Of a DNA stretch of 64,000 nt, positions 18,471 to 27,776 are shown in pieces. A program made the translations under genes and the position numbers. The stretch covers positions 18,578-82,577 of the forward strand of contig JABAQR010000032.1 in assembly GCA_019187485.1 (NCBI GenBank), written 5' to 3'. A model generated the notes under the pieces. It saw nothing but the letters and a program-made list of their open reading frames with translations. It was not told the DNA's origin and made no database searches. The stretch comes from Lysobacterales bacterium (GTDB lineage Bacteria; Pseudomonadota; Gammaproteobacteria; Xanthomonadales; SZUA-5). Each line of letters starts with the position of its first letter. The first letter of the stretch is position 1.

Positions 18471-19925
18471 ATGGCCAGCCGCGCCGGCCCGATCCTTCGC
18501 GCCATCGGCAACGTGCAGTTGTTGTCCAGCGTGCTGGTGCTGCCTTCGCTCGCGCTCAGCCTGGGGGACGCCGATGGCGCGGAACTGGCCTTCCTCCAGA
18601 GCTTCCTCGTGCTGTTCGCGGTGGGCCTGCTGATGTATCTGCCGACGCGCCGCGCGCGCTCCGAACTGCGTCTGCGCGACGGCTTCCTCGTGACCAGCGC
18701 GGTGTGGGCGATCGTCTCGCTGGTGCTGGCGCTGCCACTGATGCTGGCGCCACCTTACCTCGGGTATATCGGGGCCTTGTTCGAGGTGGTCAGCGGCCTC
18801 ACCACCACCGGATCGACGGTGATCGTGGGCCTCGACGGACTGCCCCGCAGCGTACTGCTGTACCGCGCGCTGCTCCAGTTCTACGGCGGGCTCGGCATCG
18901 TCGTGTTGGCAGTCGCGGTGCTGCCTTCGCTGCGCGTCGGCGGCATGCAACTGACCAAGGGCGAGATCACCGGGCCAGTCAAGAACACCAAGCTGACGCC
19001 GCGCATCCGCGAGACCGCCGCGGCGCTGTGGACCATCTACCTCGGCCTCAACGTGGCCTGCATCCTCGCCTACTGGGCCTGCGGCATGGGCTTCTTCGAC
19101 GCCCTCTGCCACGGCTTCACGACCGTCGCCACCAGCGGCTTCTCGAACCACGACGCCAGCCTGGGCCATTTCGACAATCCGGTCATCGAGATCGTCGCGA
19201 TCGTGTTCATGCTCCTCGGCAGCGCCAGCTTCGCCTTGCACTACGTCGCCTGGCGCCGCGGCAGCGCCACCGTCTACGCCGGCGATGGCGAGTTCCGGCT
19301 GTTGCTGCGCATCGCCGGCGTGTTGACGCTGGTGGTCGCGCTCGACCTCGGCTTGCGCGGCGTCTACGCGAGCGGCGGCGAGACCCTGCGCCACGCCGCC
19401 TTCCAGGTGGTCTCGGGCCTCACCACCACCGGCTACACGACGAGCGGCTTCGCGCACTGGCCGGGCATGGCGCCGGCACTGATCGTGCTCGCCGCCTTCG
19501 TCGGCGGCTGCGCCGGTTCCACCGCCGGCGGCATCAAGCTGGTGCGCGTGCAGATCGTCGCCCGCCTCGCCCGCCGCGAGCTGATGCGCCTGGTGCACCC
19601 GCACGGACGTTTTCCGGTCAAGCTCAACCGCAGCATCGTCGGCGACGAACTGATCAACACCGTGGCCGCCTTCGTCGCGGTCTTCTTCGCCAGCCTGATC
19701 GCCTCCGGCCTCGCCATCGCCGCCACCGGTGTCGACCTCTACACCGCCTTCGCCGCCGCCGCCTCCTGCATCACCAACCTCGGTCCCGGCCTCGGCGGCG
19801 TCGCCGCCCATTTCCAGGACCTCAACGACGCTGCCCTGCTGATCTCGGCGCTGACGATGCTGATCGGCCGTCTGGAGGTGTTCACGGTGCTGGTGCTGCT
19901 GACGCCAGCGCTGTGGCGGGAGTAG
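18471..19925 (+). CDS. trkH: TrkH family potassium uptake permease (copy 2, tandem paralogue)
   Basis: Same motif set as copy 1 (SGLTTTGST, VATSGFSNHD, LTTTGYTTSG, GGCAGSTAGGIK). Starts 3 nt after the stop codon of copy 1. By eye the two are somewhat over half identical. Confidence 0.9.
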   Translation: MASRAGPILRAIGNVQLLSSVLVLPSLALSLGDADGAELAFLQSFLVLFAVGLLMYLPTRRARSELRLRDGFLVTSAVWAIVSLVLALPLMLAPPYLGYIGALFEVVSGLTTTGSTVIVGLDGLPRSVLLYRALLQFYGGLGIVVLAVAVLPSLRVGGMQLTKGEITGPVKNTKLTPRIRETAAALWTIYLGLNVACILAYWACGMGFFDALCHGFTTVATSGFSNHDASLGHFDNPVIEIVAIVFMLLGSASFALHYVAWRRGSATVYAGDGEFRLLLRIAGVLTLVVALDLGLRGVYASGGETLRHAAFQVVSGLTTTGYTTSGFAHWPGMAPALIVLAAFVGGCAGSTAGGIKLVRVQIVARLARRELMRLVHPHGRFPVKLNRSIVGDELINTVAAFVAVFFASLIASGLAIAATGVDLYTAFAAAASCITNLGPGLGGVAAHFQDLNDAALLISALTMLIGRLEVFTVLVLLTPALWRE

Positions 19926-20078
19926 TGGAACCGGTTGTCGCCGGCGCGGCGGCCATCCATCCCGAAGACCGCAGCCTCCGCGCCGTGTCCACGTCGGTTC
20001 ACTTGCCGGCAGGCATGCCGCGCCGCCCTTCCGTTGCCAACGCAGCGACTGTGGCCCTTGACACCCAAGGGTCCGACG

Positions 20079-21530
20079 ATGATCTTCACGCGGATGAGCG
20101 AATCCAGTTTTCGTTTGAACCGGCGAGTTGTCCCCCTGACAGGCAGCGACTCACGCGAGTCGCTGCTGCGCTGGCTCAGGCGCGAACGCCTGACCGGCAC
20201 CAAGGAAGGCTGCGGCGACGGCGACTGCGGGGCCTGCACGGTGGCGCTGGTCGAGCGCGACAGCGATGGTCGCGCACATTTCCGCGCGGTCAACGCCTGC
20301 CTGCTGCCAATGGGCATGCTCGCCGGGCGCGAAGTGCTGACGGTCGAGGCGCTCGCCGAGGAGGGCACGCTGCACCCGGTGCAGCAGGCGTTGGTCGACT
20401 GCGCCGGCAGCCAGTGCGGCTACTGCACGCCAGGCTTCGCGATGAGCCTGTTCGCCGGCTGGTACGCCGGCGAGTTCGATGACCACGTGATCGAGGGCAA
20501 TCTGTGCCGCTGCACCGGCTACGCGCCGATCCGGCGCGCCGCCGCGCAACTGGCGGCAATGCCGCGCGCGTCGGATCGGTTTTCGGCGCTGCTGGACGCG
20601 GCAAGCACCGCGCCGGCCGGTGAACCGCCGCACGACACACCGGGCTGCATGGCGCTCTCCCCCCCTCCGCGGACGGCAGAAAGTCGCGGAGAGGGTGGCC
20701 CACCGTTCCACCGCCCCTCCACTCTGGCTGAGGCCTTCGCGCTGAAGACCACGCATCCGCAAGCCATCTGGTTCTGCGGTGGCACCGATCTCGGCGTCGC
20801 CCTGAGCCGCGGTCAGTCCGTGGCGTCGGCCTTCATCGCCGTTGATCGCCTGACCGAGTTGCACACGCTCGATGTGCGCGCCGACGCTGTGCGCATCGGT
20901 GCCGGGGTGCCGCTGTCGCGCCTGGAGCGCGAGCTCGCCGGCGTGTTCCCGGCACTCGACCGGATGCTGCCGTGGTTCGCCGCGCGTCAGGTCAAGAACC
21001 GGGCGACCCTGGGAGGCAATCTGGGCAGCGCCTCGCCGATCGGCGACCTGTTGCCCTGGCTGCTGGCACACGGGGCGATCATCGAAGTCGCAGGCCCCCG
21101 CGGTGCGCGCGAGCTTCCGGTCGACGGTTATTTCCAGGCCTACCGCAAGACCGCGCGCGCCGACGACGAACTGATCGTCGCCGTGCGCGTGCCGCGACTG
21201 GCCGGGCCGCAGGCCGCGTACAAGGTGGCGAAACGGCAGACCGACGACATCAGCATCGTCGCTGCGGTCTATGCCTTGATCCTCGGCGACGACGGTCGCG
21301 TCGAGCGCGCGCGTCTGGCCTATGGCGGTGTCGCCGCGATCCCGCTGCGCGCCCGTCGCACCGAGGATTTCCTGCTCGGCCGCGCCCTCGACGCCACCAC
21401 CGTGGCGCAGGCCTGCGCGCTGCTGCGCGCCGAATTCACCCCACTCGACGACCACCGCGCCAGCGCCGACTACCGGCGTGAGCTGTGCGCCGCGCTGTTC
21501 GCGAAGTTCGTGGAGGAGGGCGTGACGTGA
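20079..21530 (+). CDS. xdhA: xanthine dehydrogenase small subunit (2Fe-2S + FAD-binding)
   Basis: Fe-S motifs GCGDGDCGACTV and CAGSQCGYCTPGF, then CRCTGY. FAD-binding domain GGTDLGV. Start placed at ATG 20079 (MIFTRMSESSFRLN). Confidence 0.9.
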   Translation: MIFTRMSESSFRLNRRVVPLTGSDSRESLLRWLRRERLTGTKEGCGDGDCGACTVALVERDSDGRAHFRAVNACLLPMGMLAGREVLTVEALAEEGTLHPVQQALVDCAGSQCGYCTPGFAMSLFAGWYAGEFDDHVIEGNLCRCTGYAPIRRAAAQLAAMPRASDRFSALLDAASTAPAGEPPHDTPGCMALSPPPRTAESRGEGGPPFHRPSTLAEAFALKTTHPQAIWFCGGTDLGVALSRGQSVASAFIAVDRLTELHTLDVRADAVRIGAGVPLSRLERELAGVFPALDRMLPWFAARQVKNRATLGGNLGSASPIGDLLPWLLAHGAIIEVAGPRGARELPVDGYFQAYRKTARADDELIVAVRVPRLAGPQAAYKVAKRQTDDISIVAAVYALILGDDGRVERARLAYGGVAAIPLRARRTEDFLLGRALDATTVAQACALLRAEFTPLDDHRASADYRRELCAALFAKFVEEGVT

Positions 21531-21544
21531 TCGGCACAGCAAGA

Positions 21545-21669
21545 GCGGGGCGGGGGGCTGGGAGCTGGGGCGCATGCACGCCAGCGCTCGGCCACTCCAG
21601 TGGTTGGCGAGGTGGCTCCGCCCACAGCGGACGCCTTTGCGAGCCCCGGCTCCCAGCCCTCAGCCCCGC
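21545..21669. repeat. intercistronic G-tract inverted-repeat element (family A copy 2)
   Basis: Left arm 21545-21571 is gcggggcggggggctgggagctggggc. Right arm 21643-21669 is gccccggctcccagccctcagccccgc. The arms are 24/27 complementary. It has the same AGCAAGAGCGGGGC lead-in as 15306. Confidence 0.8.
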
Positions 21670-21684
21670 CTGTTCCCCTGCCCC

Positions 21685-24069
21685 ATGAAGCACGAATCCG
21701 CCGAAAACCACGTCACCGGACGCGCGGTCTACACCGATGAACTGCGGGTCCCGGTCGGCCTGCTGCGGCTGTATCCGGTGCAGGCGCCGCACGCGCATGC
21801 GCGGATCCTCGCGCTCGACATCGCCACGGCGGCGGCGATGGAGGGTGTGCACGCGGTGCTGACCGCGGCCGATGTTCCGGGCGTCAACGACACCGGCCCG
21901 ATCCTGCACGACGAGCCGCTGATTCCGACCGACCAGGTTCGCTACCACGGCCAGGCGGTGGCCTGGGTGGCCGCCGAGGACGGCACGATGGCGCGGGCGG
22001 CCGCGCAGCGGGTGCAGGTGGTCTACCAGGCGCTGCCGGCGATCCTCGGCATCGAGGCCGCCGAGGCGGCCGCCAGCTTCCACCTGCCGCCGGCGAAGGT
22101 CGAGCGCGGCGATGTGGCCGGCGCGCTCGCCGCCGCGCCGCATCGGATCTCCGGCGAGGTGCGCTGCGGCGCACAGGATCACTTCTACCTGGAAACACAC
22201 GCGAGCTGGGTCGAAATCGACGGCGATGGCTTGGTGCATGTCACTGCCTCCACCCAGCACCCTTCCGAGACCCAGGCGATGGTCGCGCACGTGCTCGGCC
22301 TGCCGAGCCACCGCGTGGTCTGCCGTTGCCTGCGCATGGGCGGCGGTTTCGGTGGCAAGGAAACCCAGGCGAACGCCTTCGCGGCTCTGTGCGCGCTCGC
22401 CGCGCAACGAACCGGACGCCCGGTCGCGATCCAGCTCCCGCGCAGTCTGGACATGCAACTGACCGGCAAACGACACCCTTTCCGTGGTCGCTTCGAGGTC
22501 GGATTCGACGCGGACGGCCTGCTGCTGGCAATGGACGTCGATCTGGTCGCCGACGGCGGCTGGAGCTGCGATCTGTCGCCACCGGTGCTGATGCGCGCGA
22601 TGGTGCATGTCGACAACGCCTATTACTGCCCGCACGTGCGCGTCACCGGCCGCATCGCGAAAACCCACAGCACCTCGCACACCGCCTTCCGCGGCTTCGG
22701 CGGGCCGCAAGGCATGCTGGTCGGCGAAGAGATCATCGACCGCGTCGCGCGCCACCTCGGGCTGCCGCCGGAGCTCGTCCGCGCGCGCAATTTCTACCGC
22801 CCCGGGAGGACTCCGGACCGCAACCACACCCATTACGGCCAGCCGGTGGTCGACAACCACCTGGACGCCTTGTGGGCGCAGGCGCACGCCGACGCCGAAT
22901 ACGCGTGCCGGCGCATCGAGGTGGACGCCTTCAACGCCGCCCACGCGAGCCGCAAGCGTGGTCTCGCGATCACCCCGGTCAAGTTCGGAATCAGCTTCAA
23001 CAAGACCGAGTACAACCAGGCCGGTGCGCTGGTGCTGGTCTACCGGGATGGTTCGATTCAGTTGAACCACGGCGGCACCGAGATGGGGCAGGGCCTGCAC
23101 ACCAAGATGATCGGCGTCGCCGCGCGCACCCTCGGCGTCGATCCGGCGCGCATCCGCGTCATGGCGACCAGCACCGACAAGGTGCCGAACACCTCGGCGA
23201 CCGCCGCCAGTTCCGGCTCCGACCTCAACGGCCAGGCGGTGCGCGCGGCCTGCCTGACCCTGATTGCGCGGCTGACGCCGGTGGCGGCGGGACTGCTCGG
23301 TTGTGCGCAGGAGGATGTGCGCTTCCGCGACGATGGCGCATGCGCTTCGGCAACGACTGGGCGGACGCGGGGCGAAGCCGCCCCAGCCGTGGGTTTTGCG
23401 GAACTCGTCCAGGCCGCCTACGACGCCCGCATCAGTCTGTCCGCCACCGGGTACTACCGTACACCGGCGATCCACTGGGACGCGGCGGCCGGGCGCGGCC
23501 ATCCTTTCTACTATTTCGCCTATGGCGCCGCGGTCGCCGAGGTCGAGGTCTGCGTGCACACCGGCGTGCACCGCCTGCTCCGGGTCGATCTGCTGCACGA
23601 CGTCGGCGACTCGCTCAACGAGAACATCGACCGTGGCCAGATCGAGGGCGGCTTCGTGCAGGGCCTGGGCTGGCTGACCTGCGAGGAAGTGGTGTGGGGC
23701 GCTGATGGCCGCTTGCTGACCGATGCGCCGTCGACCTACAAGATCCCGACTGTCGCCGATGTCCCCCGCGATTTCCGCCTGCGCCTGTTCCAGCGACCGG
23801 CGGCTGCGAGCACCGACGTCGTCTTCGGCAGCAAGGGTGTAGGCGAGCCGCCGCTGATGCTGGCGTTGGCGGTGCGCGAGGCGCTGCGCGACGCGGTGGC
23901 CGCCTGCGGGTCGGGCGGGATTGTCGAACTGGCGAGTCCGGCGACGCCGGAAGCCGTGTTGCGCGCGATCCGGGCGCAACGGGCACGTCTCGCGAGCGCG
24001 GCGCCGCAGCCGCCCGCCGCACCGCCCTCGCCGCGCGAACGCGGCGAGGACACCGAAGCGCTGACTTGA
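21685..24069 (+). CDS. xdhB: xanthine dehydrogenase molybdopterin-binding subunit
   Basis: MKHESAENHVTGRAVYTDE start. Molybdopterin motifs GGGFGGKE, FRGFGGPQG, GTEMGQGLHTK. About 794 aa. Confidence 0.95.
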   Translation: MKHESAENHVTGRAVYTDELRVPVGLLRLYPVQAPHAHARILALDIATAAAMEGVHAVLTAADVPGVNDTGPILHDEPLIPTDQVRYHGQAVAWVAAEDGTMARAAAQRVQVVYQALPAILGIEAAEAAASFHLPPAKVERGDVAGALAAAPHRISGEVRCGAQDHFYLETHASWVEIDGDGLVHVTASTQHPSETQAMVAHVLGLPSHRVVCRCLRMGGGFGGKETQANAFAALCALAAQRTGRPVAIQLPRSLDMQLTGKRHPFRGRFEVGFDADGLLLAMDVDLVADGGWSCDLSPPVLMRAMVHVDNAYYCPHVRVTGRIAKTHSTSHTAFRGFGGPQGMLVGEEIIDRVARHLGLPPELVRARNFYRPGRTPDRNHTHYGQPVVDNHLDALWAQAHADAEYACRRIEVDAFNAAHASRKRGLAITPVKFGISFNKTEYNQAGALVLVYRDGSIQLNHGGTEMGQGLHTKMIGVAARTLGVDPARIRVMATSTDKVPNTSATAASSGSDLNGQAVRAACLTLIARLTPVAAGLLGCAQEDVRFRDDGACASATTGRTRGEAAPAVGFAELVQAAYDARISLSATGYYRTPAIHWDAAAGRGHPFYYFAYGAAVAEVEVCVHTGVHRLLRVDLLHDVGDSLNENIDRGQIEGGFVQGLGWLTCEEVVWGADGRLLTDAPSTYKIPTVADVPRDFRLRLFQRPAAASTDVVFGSKGVGEPPLMLALAVREALRDAVAACGSGGIVELASPATPEAVLRAIRAQRARLASAAPQPPAAPPSPRERGEDTEALT

Positions 24070-24932
24070 ACGAGGCGTTGTTTGCCCGCCTCGCGAGCGC
24101 GCTCGACCACGAGCCGGTGGTGCTCGCGAGCGTACTCGCCACCCAGGGCGCGACCCCGCGCAAGGCCGGCGCACGCATGTTGATCGCCGCCGGCTGGACC
24201 GCGCAGAGCATCGGCGGGGGCCTTGCCGAGGCGCGCACGATCGACGCCGCACGCGCGCTGCTGGCGGGCGGTGGCGAGCGCCGCGAACTCGCCATCGATT
24301 TGCGCGGAGGCGCCGGCACGGCCGGCGTCTGCGGCGGGCACATGCAACTGGCGCTGCGGCGCTGGGATCGCCACGACGCACCAGCCGCGCGGCGGATCGC
24401 GGCGCGCCTGGCCGCCGGCGAATCGCTGCAACTGAGCGCGCACGATGTCGGTGCCGACGCCGGCGCGATGCGCATCGAGGCCGACCCGCGCCTGCTGATC
24501 GTCGGCGGTGGCCATTGCGGCGCGGCGTTGTACGATCTTGCGCGCCATCTCGATTTCGAACTGTGGATCCACGATCCACGCGGCGAGTACGCCGATCCCG
24601 CGCGGTTCCCCGGAGCGCGCGTGTCGAGTGGCAACTTCGCGGCGCTGCACGATGCACTCGCCACGCCGCGCGCGCTCTACGCGGTGCTGCTGAACCGCGA
24701 CTACCCGAGCGATGTCGCCGCGCTGCGGGTGCTCGCTGGCCACGATTATGCCTTCCTGGGCATGATGGGCAGCGCCCGCCGCATCCACGAAGTGCGCAGC
24801 GCCCTCGGCCCGGCGCTGTCCGCGAGCCTGGCCGCACTGCACGCGCCGGTCGGCCTGCCCATCGGCGCCCAGACCCCGCACGAAATCGCGGTCAGCGTGC
24901 TCGCGCAGCTGCTGCAGCGGCGCGCCCGCTGA
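24066..24932 (+). CDS. xdhC: xanthine dehydrogenase accessory protein XdhC
   Basis: XdhC/CoxI N-terminal pattern (VLASVLATQGATPRKAGARMLI) and a Rossmann-like part (LLIVGGGHCGAAL). The TTG start overlaps the xdhB TGA stop (cTTGAa). Confidence 0.85.
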   Translation: MNEALFARLASALDHEPVVLASVLATQGATPRKAGARMLIAAGWTAQSIGGGLAEARTIDAARALLAGGGERRELAIDLRGGAGTAGVCGGHMQLALRRWDRHDAPAARRIAARLAAGESLQLSAHDVGADAGAMRIEADPRLLIVGGGHCGAALYDLARHLDFELWIHDPRGEYADPARFPGARVSSGNFAALHDALATPRALYAVLLNRDYPSDVAALRVLAGHDYAFLGMMGSARRIHEVRSALGPALSASLAALHAPVGLPIGAQTPHEIAVSVLAQLLQRRAR

Positions 24933-24949
24933 GCGGTCGGCCGCTCAGC
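24928..24949. terminator. shared palindrome between convergent xdhC and acyltransferase genes
   Basis: gctgagcgg-tcgg-ccgctcagc forms a perfect 9-bp stem. Both stop codons (tga 24930-24932 and tca 24945-24947) lie inside the arms. Confidence 0.5.
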
Positions 24950-25577
24950 GTTCCAGCGCCTCCAGCGGCAGCGGACTCTTGCCATGCTTGCCGCTGAACT
25001 GGCGGTAGTGGTCGTACAGGCGTTCAAGATCGGCCTGCTTGTCGCCGCTGGTGGCGAACAGCGGACCGACCACGAAGCGGCGGTTCGGGAAGTCGATCGC
25101 CGCCAGCAGCAGCGGCACCTGTGCTTCGCTGGCGATGTGCCAGAAACCGGTACGCCATTTGCGCACGACCTTGCGGGTGCCTTCGGGCGCGAGGAACAGC
25201 CACATCGGCGCGCGCGCGCTGCGCAGCATCTCCGCCATCTGGCCGACCGCGCCGCGCGGATTGCTGCGATCGGTGGGGATGCCGCCGAGACCGCGCATCA
25301 GCCGCCCGAGGCCGTGGCGGAACAGCGAGTCCTTGCCCATCCAGGTGGCGCGCACGCCGAGCGCGTAGGCGAAGGAGATGCCGAACAGGCCGTCCCAATT
25401 GGAGCTGTGCGGGGCGACGATCACCACCACCCGCGGCAGGTCCGGGAACTCGCCCGACATGCGCCAGCGGCCGCAGCGGATCACCAGGCGGGCGACGAAC
25501 CGAACCAGGCCCTGCCCACGGATGCGCGGAGCCTGCGGCGGTACCGCGATCAGCTTTTCCGCGAGGCCGAAACTCAT
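24945..25577 (-). CDS. lysophospholipid (1-acyl-sn-glycerol-3-phosphate) acyltransferase family protein
   Basis: HX4D motif (APHSSNWDG) and a LAPEGTR motif. 210 aa from ATG 25577 (MSFGLAEK). The 4-nt ATGA overlaps the arfB stop codon. Confidence 0.75.
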   Translation of the reverse strand: MSFGLAEKLIAVPPQAPRIRGQGLVRFVARLVIRCGRWRMSGEFPDLPRVVVIVAPHSSNWDGLFGISFAYALGVRATWMGKDSLFRHGLGRLMRGLGGIPTDRSNPRGAVGQMAEMLRSARAPMWLFLAPEGTRKVVRKWRTGFWHIASEAQVPLLLAAIDFPNRRFVVGPLFATSGDKQADLERLYDHYRQFSGKHGKSPLPLEALER

Positions 25578-26017
25578 TCCTCGACGCCCCGCTTGCCACG
25601 CAGCCGCTTGACCCCGGCGCGCGCCTTCTTGGCCTCCACCCGGCGCCGCTGCGAGGCACGGGTCGGCCGCGTGGCCACGCGCGGGGCCTGCACCACGGTG
25701 TGCGCGCGCAGCAGCGCGAGCAGGCGCTCGCGGGCGTCGGCGCGGTTGCGCTCGAGCGTGCGGAAGCGCTGCGCCTGCAGCACCAGCACGCCCTCCGACG
25801 TGAGCCGGCGATCGCGCGCGGCGAGCACGCGCTCGCGCAGCCACTCGGGCAGCGTCGGCGAGCCGCGGACGTCGAAACGCAGCTCGACCGCGGTCGAGAG
25901 CTTGTTGACGTTCTGTCCGCCAGGGCCCGAGGAGCGCACGAAGCGCTCGACCAGTTCGGCCTCCGGCAGCGCCACGCCGGGCAGGATCTCGCCGGCTTCG
26001 AGGGCGGCCGCGTTCAC
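25574..26017 (-). CDS. arfB: alternative ribosome-rescue factor ArfB (peptidyl-tRNA hydrolase, GGQ)
   Basis: SSGPGGQNVNKLSTAVELRFD GGQ domain plus a basic C-terminal tail (RASQRRRVEAKKARAGVKRLRGKR). The GTG start overlaps the yajQ stop codon (GTGA). Confidence 0.85.
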   Translation of the reverse strand: MNAAALEAGEILPGVALPEAELVERFVRSSGPGGQNVNKLSTAVELRFDVRGSPTLPEWLRERVLAARDRRLTSEGVLVLQAQRFRTLERNRADARERLLALLRAHTVVQAPRVATRPTRASQRRRVEAKKARAGVKRLRGKRGVEE

Positions 26018-26496
26018 TCGCGAAAGTTCTCGAATTGCAGCGGAACCTCGATTCCGGCCTTGCGCAGCAGCGCGATCGCGAGCTGCAGATCGTCGCGTTT
26101 CTTGCCGCTCACACGCAGCTTCTCGCCGTTGATCTGGGCCTCGACTTTCAACTTCGCGTCCTTGATGCGCTTGATGATGTCCTTGGCGACCTTCTGCTCG
26201 ATGCCCTGTTTCAGCGTGACCTTCTGACGCGCGCTCGCGAGGTTGACCTCGGGCGCGGCGACGTCCATGCAGCGGATGTCGATGCCGCGCGCGACCAGGC
26301 GCGGTTTCAGGATCTCCAGCATCTGCTGCAACTGGAATTCACCCTGCGCCTTGAGCGTGACCACGAACTCCTCCTGCTCGAAGGCGCAACCGGTGTTGCG
26401 GAAGTCGAAGCGGTTGGAGAGTTCGCGATTGGCCTGGTCGATGGCGTTGCGGACTTCGTGTTTGTCCAGTTCAGAAACGATGTCGAAGGAAGGCAT
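26014..26496 (-). CDS. yajQ: YajQ family nucleotide / cyclic-di-GMP-binding protein (UPF0234)
   Basis: MPSFDIVSELDKHEVRNAIDQANRELSNRFDFR is the canonical YajQ N-terminus. 160 aa from ATG 26496. Confidence 0.9.
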   Translation of the reverse strand: MPSFDIVSELDKHEVRNAIDQANRELSNRFDFRNTGCAFEQEEFVVTLKAQGEFQLQQMLEILKPRLVARGIDIRCMDVAAPEVNLASARQKVTLKQGIEQKVAKDIIKRIKDAKLKVEAQINGEKLRVSGKKRDDLQLAIALLRKAGIEVPLQFENFRE

Positions 26497-26614
26497 GGGG
26501 CTGGCGTAGGCGGCTTTGAGGCGGATTCTAGGGTGCGGCACGGACGACCGGTGTCGTCGGTTGTCGGCGGTAACGGCGAGCGTGTCCCGGTTTGCGAGCC
26601 GCCGACAACTGCCC

Positions 26615-27253
26615 TCACGCGCCCCACTCCTGCCGGTATGCGCGTAGCCGCGGCAACTCCGCGGCGAGTTCGGCACGTGCGGCCGCGAAGGCCAGCAGCT
26701 CGTCCAGATTGGCGATCGCCAGCACCGGGATGCCGAACTCCGCGCGCACCTCACCGGCGGCGGACAGCGTGCCCAGACCGCGCTCCTGCCGGTCCAGCGC
26801 GATCAGCACCGCGGCGGGCTCGGCGCCGCCGGCGCGGATCAGGGCCACCGACTCGCGCACGCTGGTGCCGGCGCTGATGACATCGTCGACGATCACCACA
26901 CGCCCTGCGAGCGGCGCGCCGATCAGCACGCCGCCCTCGCCGTGGTCCTTCGCTTCCTTGCGGTTGAAGGCGAAAGGCACATCGCGCGCGTGGCCGTCGG
27001 CGAGCGCGATCGCGGTTGCGCTGGCGAGCGCGATGCCCTTGTAGGCCGGGCCGAAGAGCATGTCGAAGCCAACCCCGGCATCCACCAGCGTGTGCGCATA
27101 GGCGCGTCCCAGCGCCGCGAGCGCCGCGCCGCTGCTGATCAGGCCGGCGTTGAAGAAATACGGGCTGCGGCGGCCGCTTTTCAGCGTGTAGTCGCCGAAA
27201 CGCAGCACCTTGAGCCGCAACGCGAGATCGAGGAATTCGTGGCGGAAGGACAT
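26615..27253 (-). CDS. pyrE: orotate phosphoribosyltransferase
   Basis: FGDYTLKSGRRSPYFFN, GPAYKGI and the PRPP loop VVIVDDVISAGTS. 212 aa from ATG 27253. Confidence 0.9.
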   Translation of the reverse strand: MSFRHEFLDLALRLKVLRFGDYTLKSGRRSPYFFNAGLISSGAALAALGRAYAHTLVDAGVGFDMLFGPAYKGIALASATAIALADGHARDVPFAFNRKEAKDHGEGGVLIGAPLAGRVVIVDDVISAGTSVRESVALIRAGGAEPAAVLIALDRQERGLGTLSAAGEVRAEFGIPVLAIANLDELLAFAAARAELAAELPRLRAYRQEWGA

Positions 27254-27499
27254 GCGCGATCCCTGTCCGGGCGGAGTGCGGATGATGGCATCCCGGCCAG
27301 ACGCGAATCCCATGCAGTGCGTGCGGGGACGTGCGCATGGTGGACTTCTGCACGCCCTCGCGGCAGCCCGCACGGCTTCCTGCCGCGGCGGCAGTGTTGC
27401 CGCGCCGCTCTCTGCCACGTGCCTTCGGCGCACTTTCCTCCGCCATCCTGCCGCCGGCGTCATCGGCTATGCTCCGCCCCGCTCTGAAGGTGTCCGCTG

Positions 27500-27680
27500 G
27501 TCCGCGATGGCGGGTCGGCGGGTGAAACGGGAAGCCGGTCCAACGCCGGCGCTGCCCCCGCAACGGTAGGTCGACCGTCCCCGTGGACGGGTCCGCATCG
27601 GGAACCACTGCGTCGCGCGACGCGGGAAGGCGATGCGGCCGCGAGATGCTCGCGGCGACGAGCCCGGAGACCGGCCTTCA
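27500..27680 (+). promoter_or_regulatory. cobalamin (B12) riboswitch
   Basis: Conserved core ggtgaaacgggaagccggtccaacgccggcgctgcccccgcaacggtag. ggaaccactg follows, and the B12 box agcccggagaccggcc is at 27661-27676. It sits directly upstream of a TonB-dependent receptor. Confidence 0.8.
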
Positions 27681-27776
27681 CGAGGACCCGCGGTATCCCG
27701 CCGGGTCGTCGATCGGCGTCGCGGAGGGCGACGGTGGTTCGCCCGCCGTCGGCCCGCCGGCGGCGCCCGAATCGCC

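Noticed and set aside
18308-20482. 724-aa plus-strand ORF across trkH copy 2 and the xdhA upstream region
   Set aside because: It is an alternative frame of a clearly membrane-protein-coding region. The translation is Arg/Pro-rich and not hydrophobic.
21436-24837. 1133-aa minus-strand ORF
   Set aside because: It is antisense to xdhB and xdhC, which have unambiguous family motifs. The composition is dominated by Arg, Gly, Ala and Pro.
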